Shown: positions 26,495 to 36,115, numbered from the stretch's first letter. The stretch: DNA of 64,000 nucleotides from Elusimicrobia bacterium HGW-Elusimicrobia-1 (GCA_002841695.1 PHAN01000016.1:4024-68023), one strand, 5' to 3'. Numbers and translations are program-made. The notes: generated from the sequence alone by a model not told the origin.

Positions 26495-27673
26495 ATGACG
26501 AGAGAACTCAATCGCCGCAAAGAAACGAACGAGTTGCTTCTGAAACTATCCGCCAAGTACGGACTTCCGAAACTTGAAGCCGTCGTCAAGGACGAAAATT
26601 CCATACTTTTCGGCAAGGACGTGTATGTGTGTCTGCACGACATCGTGGCCGCGTCCATGGAGACCGGGGATACTCTTGAAAATCTGAAAAACGCCAAGAA
26701 TATTTATAACTCGCCGGTGTTCGCCGTCAACGCAGCCAAGGGAGTATTCAGAATACAGAATAAGCCCGACTTTCAGGCGGCTCTCGAACAGATGAAAAAG
26801 TATTCCAATCAGTTCGCGCTGAGCCCGTACGCGGTAATCAATACTTTTCTGGCGGTCATAGCGGCCGGCGTCGCGGGTTTTAATCTCGACGAGCTTTTGA
26901 AAAAAGGCGTGGGACATATCGAAGGGTTCATTGCCCACCAGATACAAAACGCCGCCGGATGGGACGCGAAAAATCTTTCCTCCGTCAACCCCGCTCTGAT
27001 AATGCCCATCGGCGGCGCGGGCACCGGCAAATCGACTTTTTACCGCGAAATGCCCAACGTGCTGAATTTGTCCTGCGACAACGTGCGCTACCTGCTTTTC
27101 AAAGAGTTCGGCCCGTGTTTCGCTTCGTGGGAAAGCACTTTGGCCTGGTGGGTGGTCAATCAGCTGACCGACCTGTATATCGGCAAGGGAATGAGCGTAT
27201 TTTACAACGGCGTAAATACCGATATGGAGTATCGTTCTCCGATAACGATGGAGAACCGCGACCCGCTCTATGCCGGCATTCCGTATAAGATAAAACTTGT
27301 TTACTTCGAGCCGCCCGTGCGTCTCAACGCGGATGAACTTTCGGAGCTTAAAAAAATAAATCTGTGGGCCGCTCCGATAGACGCCGTTGACTTCTCGAAA
27401 CTTTCGCCGAATGTCGCCAAGATAATGGAACTTATCAAGAACAATTATCAGCGCACGCTGTCCCGTACCAAAGAAATATCGGAAGGCAAAAAAACGCAGG
27501 ATCCCTACGATATTCTTTATTCCGTGCCCGCGGCGATAGTTAAGCTGTTCATAGAACAGTCGTTCGACGAGCCCAAAGGCGGCAACGTAATTTTCGTGCC
27601 GCGCCGCGAAATCTCCGACGAGAAAGAACGCGCCGCGTTTTATAAGGAACAAGCCGCAAAAGTGCTGAGATAA
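26495..27673 (+). CDS. Hypothetical two-domain protein: unknown N-terminal ~180 aa plus P-loop kinase-like C-terminal domain
   Basis: Walker A IGGAGTGKST at roughly residue 190. No family assignable from memory. Confidence 0.45.
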   Translation: MTRELNRRKETNELLLKLSAKYGLPKLEAVVKDENSILFGKDVYVCLHDIVAASMETGDTLENLKNAKNIYNSPVFAVNAAKGVFRIQNKPDFQAALEQMKKYSNQFALSPYAVINTFLAVIAAGVAGFNLDELLKKGVGHIEGFIAHQIQNAAGWDAKNLSSVNPALIMPIGGAGTGKSTFYREMPNVLNLSCDNVRYLLFKEFGPCFASWESTLAWWVVNQLTDLYIGKGMSVFYNGVNTDMEYRSPITMENRDPLYAGIPYKIKLVYFEPPVRLNADELSELKKINLWAAPIDAVDFSKLSPNVAKIMELIKNNYQRTLSRTKEISEGKKTQDPYDILYSVPAAIVKLFIEQSFDEPKGGNVIFVPRREISDEKERAAFYKEQAAKVLR

Positions 27674-27675
27674 TT

Positions 27676-27900
27676 TGTGACAATTGAAAAAGTATCCAAA
27701 ATGTCACCCTGAACCCTTCGTTTTTGTCACCCTGAGTGAAACGAAGGGTCTATCTTGTCGTCGAAAGACGAGATTCTTCGCGGAGTTTATCCTGAGGCAT
27801 TATGAGATTCTTCGCTACGCTCAGAATGACGCCGCCGAAGGACCAGAATGACAAATACGGGGTTTTTCAACGGCCTCAGTTTGTGATGACCGCTTTTTTA
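27676..27900. repeat. Composite intergenic repeat carrying blocks shared with 21114-21252 and 10702-10800 plus internal hairpins
   Basis: Internal hairpins cccttcgttt..aaacgaaggg and tcgtcgaaagacga, plus a gtcaccctga duplication. Contains an in-frame ATG (27802) that the ORF track used as an unlikely start for the transporter gene. Confidence 0.6.
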
Positions 27901-27915
27901 CGGGAGATACATAAA

Positions 27916-29955
27916 ATGAAAAGAAAAATGTTATTCGCTTTGGCTTTGGCAGCCGTAATATTTTCGCAGGCATATGCCGCGAAGATAGAAATAGTATCGG
28001 GCAACAAGCAGACCGGTGTCGTCGGAGAAAAAAGCGACGAATCTCTGGTAGTGCGCGTTCTGTCGGATGCGGGCAAGCCGCTGTCCGGTATGCGGGTGAG
28101 TTTCAGAATCGATCAGGAGCCCGGTCAGCCGTACAAAAAAGGACGGAAGGCGGAACTTTCTTCGGCGAGCGCCGCGACGGACAAAAACGGAACGGCGTCC
28201 GTGGACATTATTTTCGGGGAGCCCAAAGCGGGACAGTACGCCGTAACGGCTTTTATCGACGATAAAAATACAGTTCCCGCGGCGTTTGAACTCATGTCCG
28301 TGAAAAGCGGATGGCTGGTAATGGTCGCCCTCGGGGTTTTGGGCGGCCTGGGCGTTTTTCTGTTCGGAATGTTTTTCTTGAACGACTCTCTTCAAAAAGT
28401 CGCCGGCAACAAACTCAAAAACCTGCTGATAATGCTGACCAATAATCCGCTCAAAGGCCTGATGACGGGGCTTGTAGTGACCGGAATAAATCAGTCCTCG
28501 TCGGCCACTACGGTTCTTGAAGTCAGCTTGGTCAGCGTCGGTCTGATGACTTTTTACCAGTCGATGGCCGTCACCGTGGGCGCCGAGATAGGTTCCACGC
28601 TTCTGGCGCAGCTGGTGGCGTTTAAGGTATCTGATTTTGCGGCCATCATCGCCGGTCTCGGCTTTTTTATAACGTTTTTCAGCAAGTCCAAGAAAATCAA
28701 GCAGGTCGGCGATATCATACTGAGTTTCGGCGTGCTTTTTATCGGAATGAAGATAATGTCCGATTCTCTGTCTCCGCTTAAAACTTATCAACCCTTTCTT
28801 GAGTTGATGGAAAACGTCGCCAATCCGATAGTGGGAATTCTCGTCGGACTGGCCTTTACCCTCGTTGTTCAGTCGAGCGGAGCGACTACCGGTATAGTCA
28901 TATCTCTGGCGCTGGCCGGCACCATCACATTGAAACAGGCCATTCCGCTGAATCTCGGCGCTATGGTCGGCACGTGCATTACCGCCATACTCGGCTCCAT
29001 AGGCCGCGGGCGGGAGGGAAAACGCGTGGCGTTTTTCCACGTGCTTCACCAGATTGCGGGCGTCGCCCTGGTATTCCCGTTTATGACGATAATAAACTAT
29101 AAGGGAGCGCCGGCGTGGATACATTTTACGGAATGGTTCACGCTTACGTTTTTCGGCACCACGGACGTCACGCGTCAGATAGCTATGGCGCATACGCTGA
29201 TTTCCGTGTTTAACGCCGTATGGATTCTGCCGATTTTGCGTCCGGCTTACCGGCTTATCAATCTGGTGCTTCCGTCCAAGGAAGAGGAAAAACCTTTCGG
29301 GCCCATTTATCTCGACGAAAATCTTGTGGCGACTCCCGATCTGGCTCTGGTGCAGGTCCGCAAGGAAATAGTCCGCGAGGGCGAGATTGTCGTCGAAATG
29401 CTCAAGGAGACCATAAACGTTTTCGACTGCCGCGAGATAAGATTGTGCGACACGGTCTCCCTGAAGGACATCCGCGTGGACATTTTGCATAATGCGATAG
29501 TGCCTTACCTGACCAGAATAGGCCAGCAGGTGCTCAACGACGAACAATCCAAGGAACAGACGGCGCTTCTGTATATTACCGCGGATGTTGAGGCCGTGGG
29601 CGATATCATAGATAAAAATATTATGCCGCTTGCCCGCAAAAAATTCGAAAACAAACTCTGGTTTTCCGACGAGGGCTGGGAAGACATAATGCAACTGCAT
29701 ACGCGCGTTTTGAAGGTAATCGAACACGCCGTCAGGGCGATACGCGACAACGACAGGGAGTACGCCCAACTCGTCGCCAATTCCAAACCCGAAATCGGCA
29801 GTTACGAAGACGAACTCAGACGCAAGCACATCGCCCGCCTGAACGCGGGTCTCAAGGAATCGCTGGATACGTCCAGTATTCATATAGACCTCATCGATCA
29901 GTTCAAGCGCATCAACTCGCACACGTCGGCGATAGGTTTCGTTATTCTGTCCTGA
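27916..29955 (+). CDS. Na+/phosphate cotransporter (NptA/PhoU-domain type) with N-terminal signal peptide and extracytoplasmic bacterial Ig-like (Big_1-type) domain
   Basis: Signal peptide MKRKMLFALALAAVIFSQAYA. Big-like domain (EIVSGNKQTGVVGEK...ATDKNGTASVDI...GQYAVTA). Two Na/Pi cotransporter repeats (GINQSSSATT; VVQSSGATTG) and C-terminal PhoU-like repeats. Confidence 0.75.
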   Translation: MKRKMLFALALAAVIFSQAYAAKIEIVSGNKQTGVVGEKSDESLVVRVLSDAGKPLSGMRVSFRIDQEPGQPYKKGRKAELSSASAATDKNGTASVDIIFGEPKAGQYAVTAFIDDKNTVPAAFELMSVKSGWLVMVALGVLGGLGVFLFGMFFLNDSLQKVAGNKLKNLLIMLTNNPLKGLMTGLVVTGINQSSSATTVLEVSLVSVGLMTFYQSMAVTVGAEIGSTLLAQLVAFKVSDFAAIIAGLGFFITFFSKSKKIKQVGDIILSFGVLFIGMKIMSDSLSPLKTYQPFLELMENVANPIVGILVGLAFTLVVQSSGATTGIVISLALAGTITLKQAIPLNLGAMVGTCITAILGSIGRGREGKRVAFFHVLHQIAGVALVFPFMTIINYKGAPAWIHFTEWFTLTFFGTTDVTRQIAMAHTLISVFNAVWILPILRPAYRLINLVLPSKEEEKPFGPIYLDENLVATPDLALVQVRKEIVREGEIVVEMLKETINVFDCREIRLCDTVSLKDIRVDILHNAIVPYLTRIGQQVLNDEQSKEQTALLYITADVEAVGDIIDKNIMPLARKKFENKLWFSDEGWEDIMQLHTRVLKVIEHAVRAIRDNDREYAQLVANSKPEIGSYEDELRRKHIARLNAGLKESLDTSSIHIDLIDQFKRINSHTSAIGFVILS

Positions 29956-29991
29956 CGGCCGGTGCGATATTTTGACAAGGAGAAGTAAGTT

Positions 29992-31383
29992 ATGAGCGAA
30001 CAACATCAGCAGCAGCCCGCGCTTTTCAACGAAGACGAACTCTCAAAATTAAAAATCACCAAGGTGATCAAACGCGACGGCCGCATAGTGGCCTTTAACC
30101 GCGGGAAAATCGTCGATTCGATTTTCCGCTCGGCGGTCGACGTGGGCGGCTCTGACCGCGCTCTCGCGGAGTCCCTGGCCGACAAAGTCATAACGCTGAT
30201 GAAACAGATATATCCCATAGCCGCAATGCCGTCCGTCGAGGAAATACAGGATCTGATAGAAAAAGTTCTGGTCGGCAACGCGCATTACCGCACTGCCAAG
30301 GCGTACATTCTTTACCGCGACGAACACAGAAGGTTGCGCGAACATAAAGACGCCAAAATCGTTGTGGAGGACAATGTGCCTTATAAAGTTCTCTGGAGAG
30401 TTTATTCCTGGAATGTGGATCACGGCTGCGACACGACCGAGAATATAGAAAAAACAATCCGCGACGGCAGGTTCCCCGAATTGGTGGCGGCCGCCGAGAA
30501 GCAGTACCACGACAACATAGGCGACGTCGCCGACAGAATACTGGAAAGAGCCGACAAAATAAAACTGGTCATCGTCGCCGGTCCGTCGTCGAGCGGCAAG
30601 ACCACTACGACTCTTAAAATCGGGGAAAAACTCGCCGCAAAAAATCTTTCGTTTGTCTCCATCGGGCTGGATAATTATTTTAAGGACCTCCAAGAGCATC
30701 CCAAGGATGAATACGGCGATTATGATTTTGAGACGCCGGAAGCGCTCGACTTGAAACTCATAAACGAGCATCTCTTTGAATTGATGAAGGGAAAAACCAT
30801 AAAGATGCCCCTGTATGATTTCAAAACGGGCAAGCGCAAACTCAACGCTCAGGAATTCCGTCTGGAAAAAAACCAGATTCTTCTCATTGACTCGCTGCAC
30901 GGTCTTTATCCGGCCATGACGGCGTCGATTCCGCACAACAATAAGTTCAAATTCTACATCGAGGCGCTCTGTCAGATAAAGGATTCAAAGGGCGAGTTTA
31001 TGCGCTGGTGCGATTTAAGAATGCTTCGCCGCATGATCAGAGATTCCTGGCACCGCTCGTACGACCCCGTGCGCACCGTCGGGCACTGGCATTACGTAAG
31101 GCGTTCCGAAAAGCGTCACATTGTGCCTTTCATAAATAAATCGGATTATATTTTTAACGGGTCGCTTCCTTACGAACTTCCGCTTCACAAGAAATATCTT
31201 TTCAAATACTTTGATTCGATACTCGGCGCTTATAAGGACGATCCCAAAAAGATAGACGCCTACATCCGCGCCAAGCGCGTTTACGATATATTATCGGAAT
31301 TCAAAACGGATCCCGACGACACTTGCGTCCCCGACAATTCTCTGATGAGAGAGTTTATAGGCGGCAGTAAGTACAGCTACTGA
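29992..31383 (+). CDS. ATP-cone domain fused to uridine kinase/phosphoribulokinase-family nucleoside kinase
   Basis: N-terminal ATP-cone (KVIKRDGRIVAFNRGKIVDSIFRSAVDVG). PRK-family P-loop VIVAGPSSSGKTTT. Downstream LIDSLHGLY region typical of Udk. Confidence 0.7.
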   Translation: MSEQHQQQPALFNEDELSKLKITKVIKRDGRIVAFNRGKIVDSIFRSAVDVGGSDRALAESLADKVITLMKQIYPIAAMPSVEEIQDLIEKVLVGNAHYRTAKAYILYRDEHRRLREHKDAKIVVEDNVPYKVLWRVYSWNVDHGCDTTENIEKTIRDGRFPELVAAAEKQYHDNIGDVADRILERADKIKLVIVAGPSSSGKTTTTLKIGEKLAAKNLSFVSIGLDNYFKDLQEHPKDEYGDYDFETPEALDLKLINEHLFELMKGKTIKMPLYDFKTGKRKLNAQEFRLEKNQILLIDSLHGLYPAMTASIPHNNKFKFYIEALCQIKDSKGEFMRWCDLRMLRRMIRDSWHRSYDPVRTVGHWHYVRRSEKRHIVPFINKSDYIFNGSLPYELPLHKKYLFKYFDSILGAYKDDPKKIDAYIRAKRVYDILSEFKTDPDDTCVPDNSLMREFIGGSKYSY

Positions 31384-31454
31384 AAAAACCCGACGGCGTA
31401 ACAATATCCGCCCGCGATTCGTCTAATGCGCGGGCGGGCCGTAACGGCTTCTAT

Positions 31455-32474
31455 ATGCTCAGTGTAAGAGAGACGATCGAGGAGCGTGAAAAGACACTTG
31501 CGCCGCAGGCGCAGCTGTCCGGTAAAACCCGCGGTCGGGCATTAAGCGAAGACGAATGCCCCGTGCGCACCGTGTATCAGCGGGATCGCGACCGCATTCT
31601 CCACTCTCTGGCTTTCAGGAAACTCAAGCAGAAGACGAACGTGTTTCTGTCGACGACAGGCGAACAATTCCGCACACGACTTACCCATACGCTTGAAGTT
31701 TCCGCCATAGCCCGTACGATTGCCCAGGCGCTTAACCTTAATTCCGACCTCGCCGAGGCCGTAGCCCTCGGACACGACCTGGGGCACACGCCTTTCGGTC
31801 ACGCCGGCGAGGATGTCATAAAAAAAATCGATCCGGAATTTCATCACGCCCGACAATCGGTAAGGGTAGCCGAATTTTTCGAGAAAGAAGGCAAAGGGCT
31901 TAATCTGACGGTTGAGGTTCTCGACGGAATTCTTAAACACACGAAAGGCAAAAAAAAGATAAGCGAATTCGACGGCAACGGACTTTACGGCAAACCTCTT
32001 ACTCTTGAGGGTATGATAGTGCAATACGCCGACTGGGTCGCCTACATCAATCACGACCTTGATGACGCTATGCATATGGGACTTGTTTCTGAAAGCGATG
32101 TTCCGTCGTCCGTGGCAAAAACTCTGGGAACACGTCATTCGCGTCGCGTTAACACGATGGTTCAGGACATAGTGGAGTGTTCGGCCGGCCTCGAAGTCAT
32201 TAAGATGAGCGCCGGAGTCCTTGCGGCCACGGAAGAACTCAGAGATTTTTTATACCGCGACGTGTATCCGCGCCCGGAAGTTCTGGGAGCGGAAAATCAG
32301 TCCGAGCGGGTTATTGATTTCTTGACGGAAGGATTGACAAAACGTCCCGATATTATATATAAGGAATACCCTTGGTATCCGAGGGAAATACCGCTAAATT
32401 CGGCCGTAATCGATTTTGTCTGCGCCCTCACCGACAACGCCGCGCTGGCTCTTTACGGGGAGTTAAAAAAATGA
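31455..32474 (+). CDS. dgt: dGTP triphosphohydrolase-like HD-domain protein
   Basis: VYQRDRDRILHS, FRTRLTHTLEV, LGHDLGHTPFGH, and the Dgt-like subfamily length. Confidence 0.8.
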   Translation: MLSVRETIEEREKTLAPQAQLSGKTRGRALSEDECPVRTVYQRDRDRILHSLAFRKLKQKTNVFLSTTGEQFRTRLTHTLEVSAIARTIAQALNLNSDLAEAVALGHDLGHTPFGHAGEDVIKKIDPEFHHARQSVRVAEFFEKEGKGLNLTVEVLDGILKHTKGKKKISEFDGNGLYGKPLTLEGMIVQYADWVAYINHDLDDAMHMGLVSESDVPSSVAKTLGTRHSRRVNTMVQDIVECSAGLEVIKMSAGVLAATEELRDFLYRDVYPRPEVLGAENQSERVIDFLTEGLTKRPDIIYKEYPWYPREIPLNSAVIDFVCALTDNAALALYGELKK

Positions 32475-32698
32475 AATGCTACGTCGACCGTATCGAAGAC
32501 GGCAAGTACGCGGTGATAAATGTGACGGGCGGCGGCGAGATGATAATTCCCGTGAAGCAGTTCAAGTTCAAAATCCGCGAGGGGATGCATCTTGACGCGG
32601 ATTTCCGTTGCGACAAAAAATCCGAGCGCGCAACTCTCGACAGAGTAAAAAAACTTCAGGCCGAACTTTTGGCGCGTTCCGGTAAAAAAAACAAATGA
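32471..32698 (+). CDS. DUF3006-like small protein
   Basis: 75 aa. MKCYVDRIEDGKYAVI..GGG pattern typical of DUF3006. Start overlaps the dgt stop. Confidence 0.5.
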   Translation: MKCYVDRIEDGKYAVINVTGGGEMIIPVKQFKFKIREGMHLDADFRCDKKSERATLDRVKKLQAELLARSGKKNK

Positions 32699-34185
32699 TA
32701 AAAAGAGCTTCCGTTATTCTGGCGGCACTCGCCGTCGCGGCGCAAATAGCCGTTGCCTCCGACGACATCAAGATATGGTTCTCGAATCCGGACTCATCTT
32801 TGCCAAGCCCTCTTTCGCACGATACTTCCAAAAGAATAGACGCGGCGCTCTATGATTTCATAGATTCGGCTCAGAGCGGAACCACCGTCTACGTCGCCAT
32901 TTTTGAAATGAATCTCGACGGCTCCGGCGATGCCTCGGCGCTTAAAAACATAAAAGGCCTGCTTAACTCCAAAAGCGCCGACGGCGTCGCAATTTATGTC
33001 GTCGGGCACTCCACTGTAACTCTTGCCGGTCTCACTTTCCCGACTACGGTCTACCGCGCCGCTTACGAGGGCGAAGGCACCGAGGGTTCCGGCGGCCTCA
33101 TGCACAACAAGTTCGTCGTGCTGAAGGATTCCGCCGTCTGGACGGGGTCGTACAATTTTACTCTCAGCGCGACTTTGCAGCAGGACAACAACGCCGCGGA
33201 GATATTCTCGCCGGAACTGGCCGGGGTTTTCGAGACGGAATTCATCAATATGTACGGGCCGCTTGCCGTCGCTTCCAAAAAATTCGGCGACATTAAAACG
33301 TCTTCGGCGTCGGCGGCCGGCACAAACGTAAACGGCAGTTCCGTCACTATGCGCGACGGCACCGTCGTAAAAGTTTATTTCAACCCCTACACGACTCCGC
33401 AGACGGTAGCCGCGGCCATCGAAAGCGAAATCGCGCCGTCGCCTGTTTCGGGTATACCCGCGCCCGCGGAAAGCGTCGGTTTTGCCGCGGCGTGGTTTTC
33501 CAGAACGTCGATATCCGAAGCCATGAAAGAGGCGCTCGCGGCCGATGCCGGTCTTGATATATCAGGAATAATGGACGATCAGAGCAGCAATACGTCGAAT
33601 TTCTGGAGTTTGAAGACATCGACGATAAATGTCGTGTGGGACTCGCGCCGCTCGTCATTCGGGCGGGGGCTTATGCACCATAAATTTATTTTTATCGACC
33701 CGCGACGCTTAAACGGCCGTGTCGTTACCGGTTCGGCCAACTGGTCCAACTCAGGCGCGACTTCCGACGGCAACGACAACGACGAAAACATCGTCATAAT
33801 ATACAACTCTTCCGTAAGCGGTAAATATTACGACGAGTTCCGCAGAATGTTCGCGCTGACGGGTCAGGTTTCGGCGGGCGCCGTGGCAAAGGCCGTCGAC
33901 AACGTCATAATGTATCCGAGTCCCGCGCGGGCTTCCGCGGCTATAGGTTTCGATATCTCGGCGGTCGTCGAGAAAATCACCATCAAGATATACACGCTTT
34001 CGGGCGAATTGGCGCGGTCCATTACCCCTGAAACATATTATCCCGGGTTTTACAACGAGGTCGTCTGGAACCTGAAAAATTCCACGGGGCAGCGTGTCGC
34101 GCCCGGTCTTTATTTCATAAAAGTCGAAGCCGAAACTCCCGACGGAAAGTTTTTCGCGCTCAAAAAAGCCGCGGTGGGGAAGTGA
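32695..34185 (+). CDS. Secreted phospholipase-D-family (HKD) nuclease with C-terminal T9SS-type (Por_Secre_tail-like) sorting domain
   Basis: Signal peptide. Two HKD motifs (HNKFVVLKD...GSYNFT and HHKFIFID...GSANWS). C-terminal ~85 aa match the T9SS CTD consensus (YPSP...IKIYTLSGELARSI...VWNLKNSTGQRVAPGLYFIKVEA). Confidence 0.8.
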   Translation: MIKRASVILAALAVAAQIAVASDDIKIWFSNPDSSLPSPLSHDTSKRIDAALYDFIDSAQSGTTVYVAIFEMNLDGSGDASALKNIKGLLNSKSADGVAIYVVGHSTVTLAGLTFPTTVYRAAYEGEGTEGSGGLMHNKFVVLKDSAVWTGSYNFTLSATLQQDNNAAEIFSPELAGVFETEFINMYGPLAVASKKFGDIKTSSASAAGTNVNGSSVTMRDGTVVKVYFNPYTTPQTVAAAIESEIAPSPVSGIPAPAESVGFAAAWFSRTSISEAMKEALAADAGLDISGIMDDQSSNTSNFWSLKTSTINVVWDSRRSSFGRGLMHHKFIFIDPRRLNGRVVTGSANWSNSGATSDGNDNDENIVIIYNSSVSGKYYDEFRRMFALTGQVSAGAVAKAVDNVIMYPSPARASAAIGFDISAVVEKITIKIYTLSGELARSITPETYYPGFYNEVVWNLKNSTGQRVAPGLYFIKVEAETPDGKFFALKKAAVGK

Positions 34186-34219
34186 TGGTGATTAGTGGCG
34201 AGTGGTTAGTGATTAGTAA
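34186..34219. repeat. Heptad-repeat element copy (gtgatt agtggcg agtggtt agtgatt agtaaat) 5' of the outer-membrane protein gene
   Basis: Shares gtggcgagtggYtagtgattagt with 1514-1544. Its inverted partner lies at 34326-34362. Confidence 0.65.
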
Positions 34220-34235
34220 ATAAAACGGATAGCAT

Positions 34236-35207
34236 ATGAGCAAATTGTGTCTTTCGAGCAGTGTTCCGACGGCGCCCCGCGGACGAGGATGGCTCCTGCG
34301 ACGGATTGCCCTTGTCCTTGCCTTTACTATCCACTATCCACTCGCCACTAACCACTTACTATACGCCGCCGGTTCGTCCGCCGGAGAGTTTCTTAAAATA
34401 ATTCCCGGCGTCCGCGCCGCGGGTATGGCCGGGACTTTTACCGCTCTTGCCGACGATAAAGCGGCATTGTATTACAACCCTGCCGGACTTTCGCAGCTTC
34501 GCTGGAACGAGGCGTCGCTGTCCTATAACAGGTGGATAATCGACACTTCTCTGACGTCGCTGACCTACGGGCACACATTCGGCGTCAACGGCTCGGCGGC
34601 CGTCGGGTTTACCTATTACGATTCGGGCGATATAGAAAAACGCGGCGACACCAAAGACGCCGAGGGCAGTTTCAGGCATACCGGATTGGCCGCCCGCGCC
34701 GCTTACGGCAATGAATTTTTTGAAGGCGTGTCGCTCGGCATGGCGGTAAAATACGCCGCGGAGACGCTCGACGGCGATTCCACCGGCGCCATCGGCTTCG
34801 ACGCCGGAGTTCATTATAAGACCATTCTTGATTTCGGCGAAACATCTTTCGGCGCCGCCGCGCAGAACATCGGCTCCAAGATGTGGGAACAATATGATAT
34901 GCCTTTGCTTATTCGCGCCGGCGTCGCGCTAAAACCATCGAAAGATTTTCTTACGCTGGCCGCCGAATACGTCGCGCCTCAGGCGGGGATACCGTATATG
35001 GGGGTGGGTATGGAAATCACCCCCGGCGATTTGTCGCTGCGCGCGGGTTATAGGGCCGGCGTCTCCGACGTGTCGGGTCTTTCGGCCATCACGCTGGGAT
35101 TCGGTTACAGATATACGCAGGATTACGACTATCTGTTTAATTACGCCTTCTCGACGCAGGGCGACCTCGGCCTTATGCACAGGGTCGAAGTCGCAATGGC
35201 ATTCTGA
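34236..35207 (+). CDS. Outer-membrane beta-barrel protein (FadL/PorV- or PorP/SprF-like, uncertain)
   Basis: Signal peptide. Contains a YYNPAGL motif. Alternating beta-strand pattern with a C-terminal aromatic residue (MAF). Immediately downstream of the T9SS-CTD nuclease. Confidence 0.45.
   Translation: MSKLCLSSSVPTAPRGRGWLLRRIALVLAFTIHYPLATNHLLYAAGSSAGEFLKIIPGVRAAGMAGTFTALADDKAALYYNPAGLSQLRWNEASLSYNRWIIDTSLTSLTYGHTFGVNGSAAVGFTYYDSGDIEKRGDTKDAEGSFRHTGLAARAAYGNEFFEGVSLGMAVKYAAETLDGDSTGAIGFDAGVHYKTILDFGETSFGAAAQNIGSKMWEQYDMPLLIRAGVALKPSKDFLTLAAEYVAPQAGIPYMGVGMEITPGDLSLRAGYRAGVSDVSGLSAITLGFGYRYTQDYDYLFNYAFSTQGDLGLMHRVEVAMAF
34326..34362. repeat. Inverted heptad-repeat element copy (actatcc actatcc actcgcc actaacc act) inside the 5' coding region (signal peptide) of the outer-membrane protein gene
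   Basis: Approximately the reverse complement of 34186-34219 and 1514-1544. The two copies flank the RBS and start codon at 34236. Confidence 0.6.
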
Positions 35208-35224
35208 TAAAAGGTCGTTGGCCG

Positions 35225-36115
35225 ATGAAAAGACAAATAAAACATTATCGATATTCGGCGCTCATGCGCTTCTTATCCATTTTCGCGGCGCTGTCGCTGC
35301 GATGCGGCGCGGCCTTTGCCGACACATCGATACTGAAGGTTCATTTTCTCGACGTCGGACAGGGGGATTGCTCTCTCATTCAGACGCCCGGAGGAAAAAC
35401 TCTGTTGGTGGACGGCGGGCCCGAAGACGACTACTTCGACGCCGGCCGCGAAATTATTGTTCCGTATCTTAAAAAACTCGGCATCAAAAAAATAGACGCG
35501 ATATTTGTTTCGCACGCTCATCGCGATCATATAGGCGGCATTCCCGAAATAATAAAAAACTTCGAGGTAGGCGCTGTTTACGATACCGGCTACGCATATC
35601 CTTCGCCGATTTATGAAAAGCTCCTCCGGCAGATAAACGCCAATAAGATAACTTACATACAGGCGCGCGCCGACACCAAAGCGGTAATAGACCCGGACGT
35701 GGAAATAAAGATTCTGGCCCCCCCGAAGAAGCTTCCGTGGGACGATCCGAACAATAATTCCATGGTGGTACGGCTTTCGTACAAAGAAATCTCGTTTCTG
35801 TTTACCGGCGACATCGAGGCGGACGCCGAGGATTCTCTCGTCAGAATTTATCGCTACGGCCTGGAATCCAACATACTGAAAGTCGCGCACCACGGCTCCA
35901 AAACATCATCCGCCGATTATTTTCTGGAAGCGGTTAATCCCGAGGCCGCGGTCATACAAGTCGGACGCCGCAACCGTTTCCGGCATCCCAGCCCGTCTAC
36001 CGTCAAAAAATTAAAAGATTTCGGGATGAACGTCTACCGGAACGACATCGACGGCACCGTCGTCGTCGATACCGACGGTCATGTCTTTGAAGTCAAAAAA
36101 CTCGGGTTTCAGTAA
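35225..36115 (+). CDS. Secreted ComEC-type metallo-beta-lactamase-fold protein (putative nuclease), paralog 1
   Basis: Signal peptide. FLDVGQGDCSLIQTP start typical of the ComEC MBL domain. HAHRDHIGG metal motif. Also VAHHGS. Confidence 0.75.
   Translation: MKRQIKHYRYSALMRFLSIFAALSLRCGAAFADTSILKVHFLDVGQGDCSLIQTPGGKTLLVDGGPEDDYFDAGREIIVPYLKKLGIKKIDAIFVSHAHRDHIGGIPEIIKNFEVGAVYDTGYAYPSPIYEKLLRQINANKITYIQARADTKAVIDPDVEIKILAPPKKLPWDDPNNNSMVVRLSYKEISFLFTGDIEADAEDSLVRIYRYGLESNILKVAHHGSKTSSADYFLEAVNPEAAVIQVGRRNRFRHPSPSTVKKLKDFGMNVYRNDIDGTVVVDTDGHVFEVKKLGFQ

Noticed and set aside
27802-27915. ORF-track start of the Na/Pi transporter at 27802 (MRFFATLRMT...)
   Set aside because: The extension is read through the repeat element. 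ATG 27916 gives a proper signal peptide (MKRKMLFALALAAV...) immediately before the Ig-like domain.
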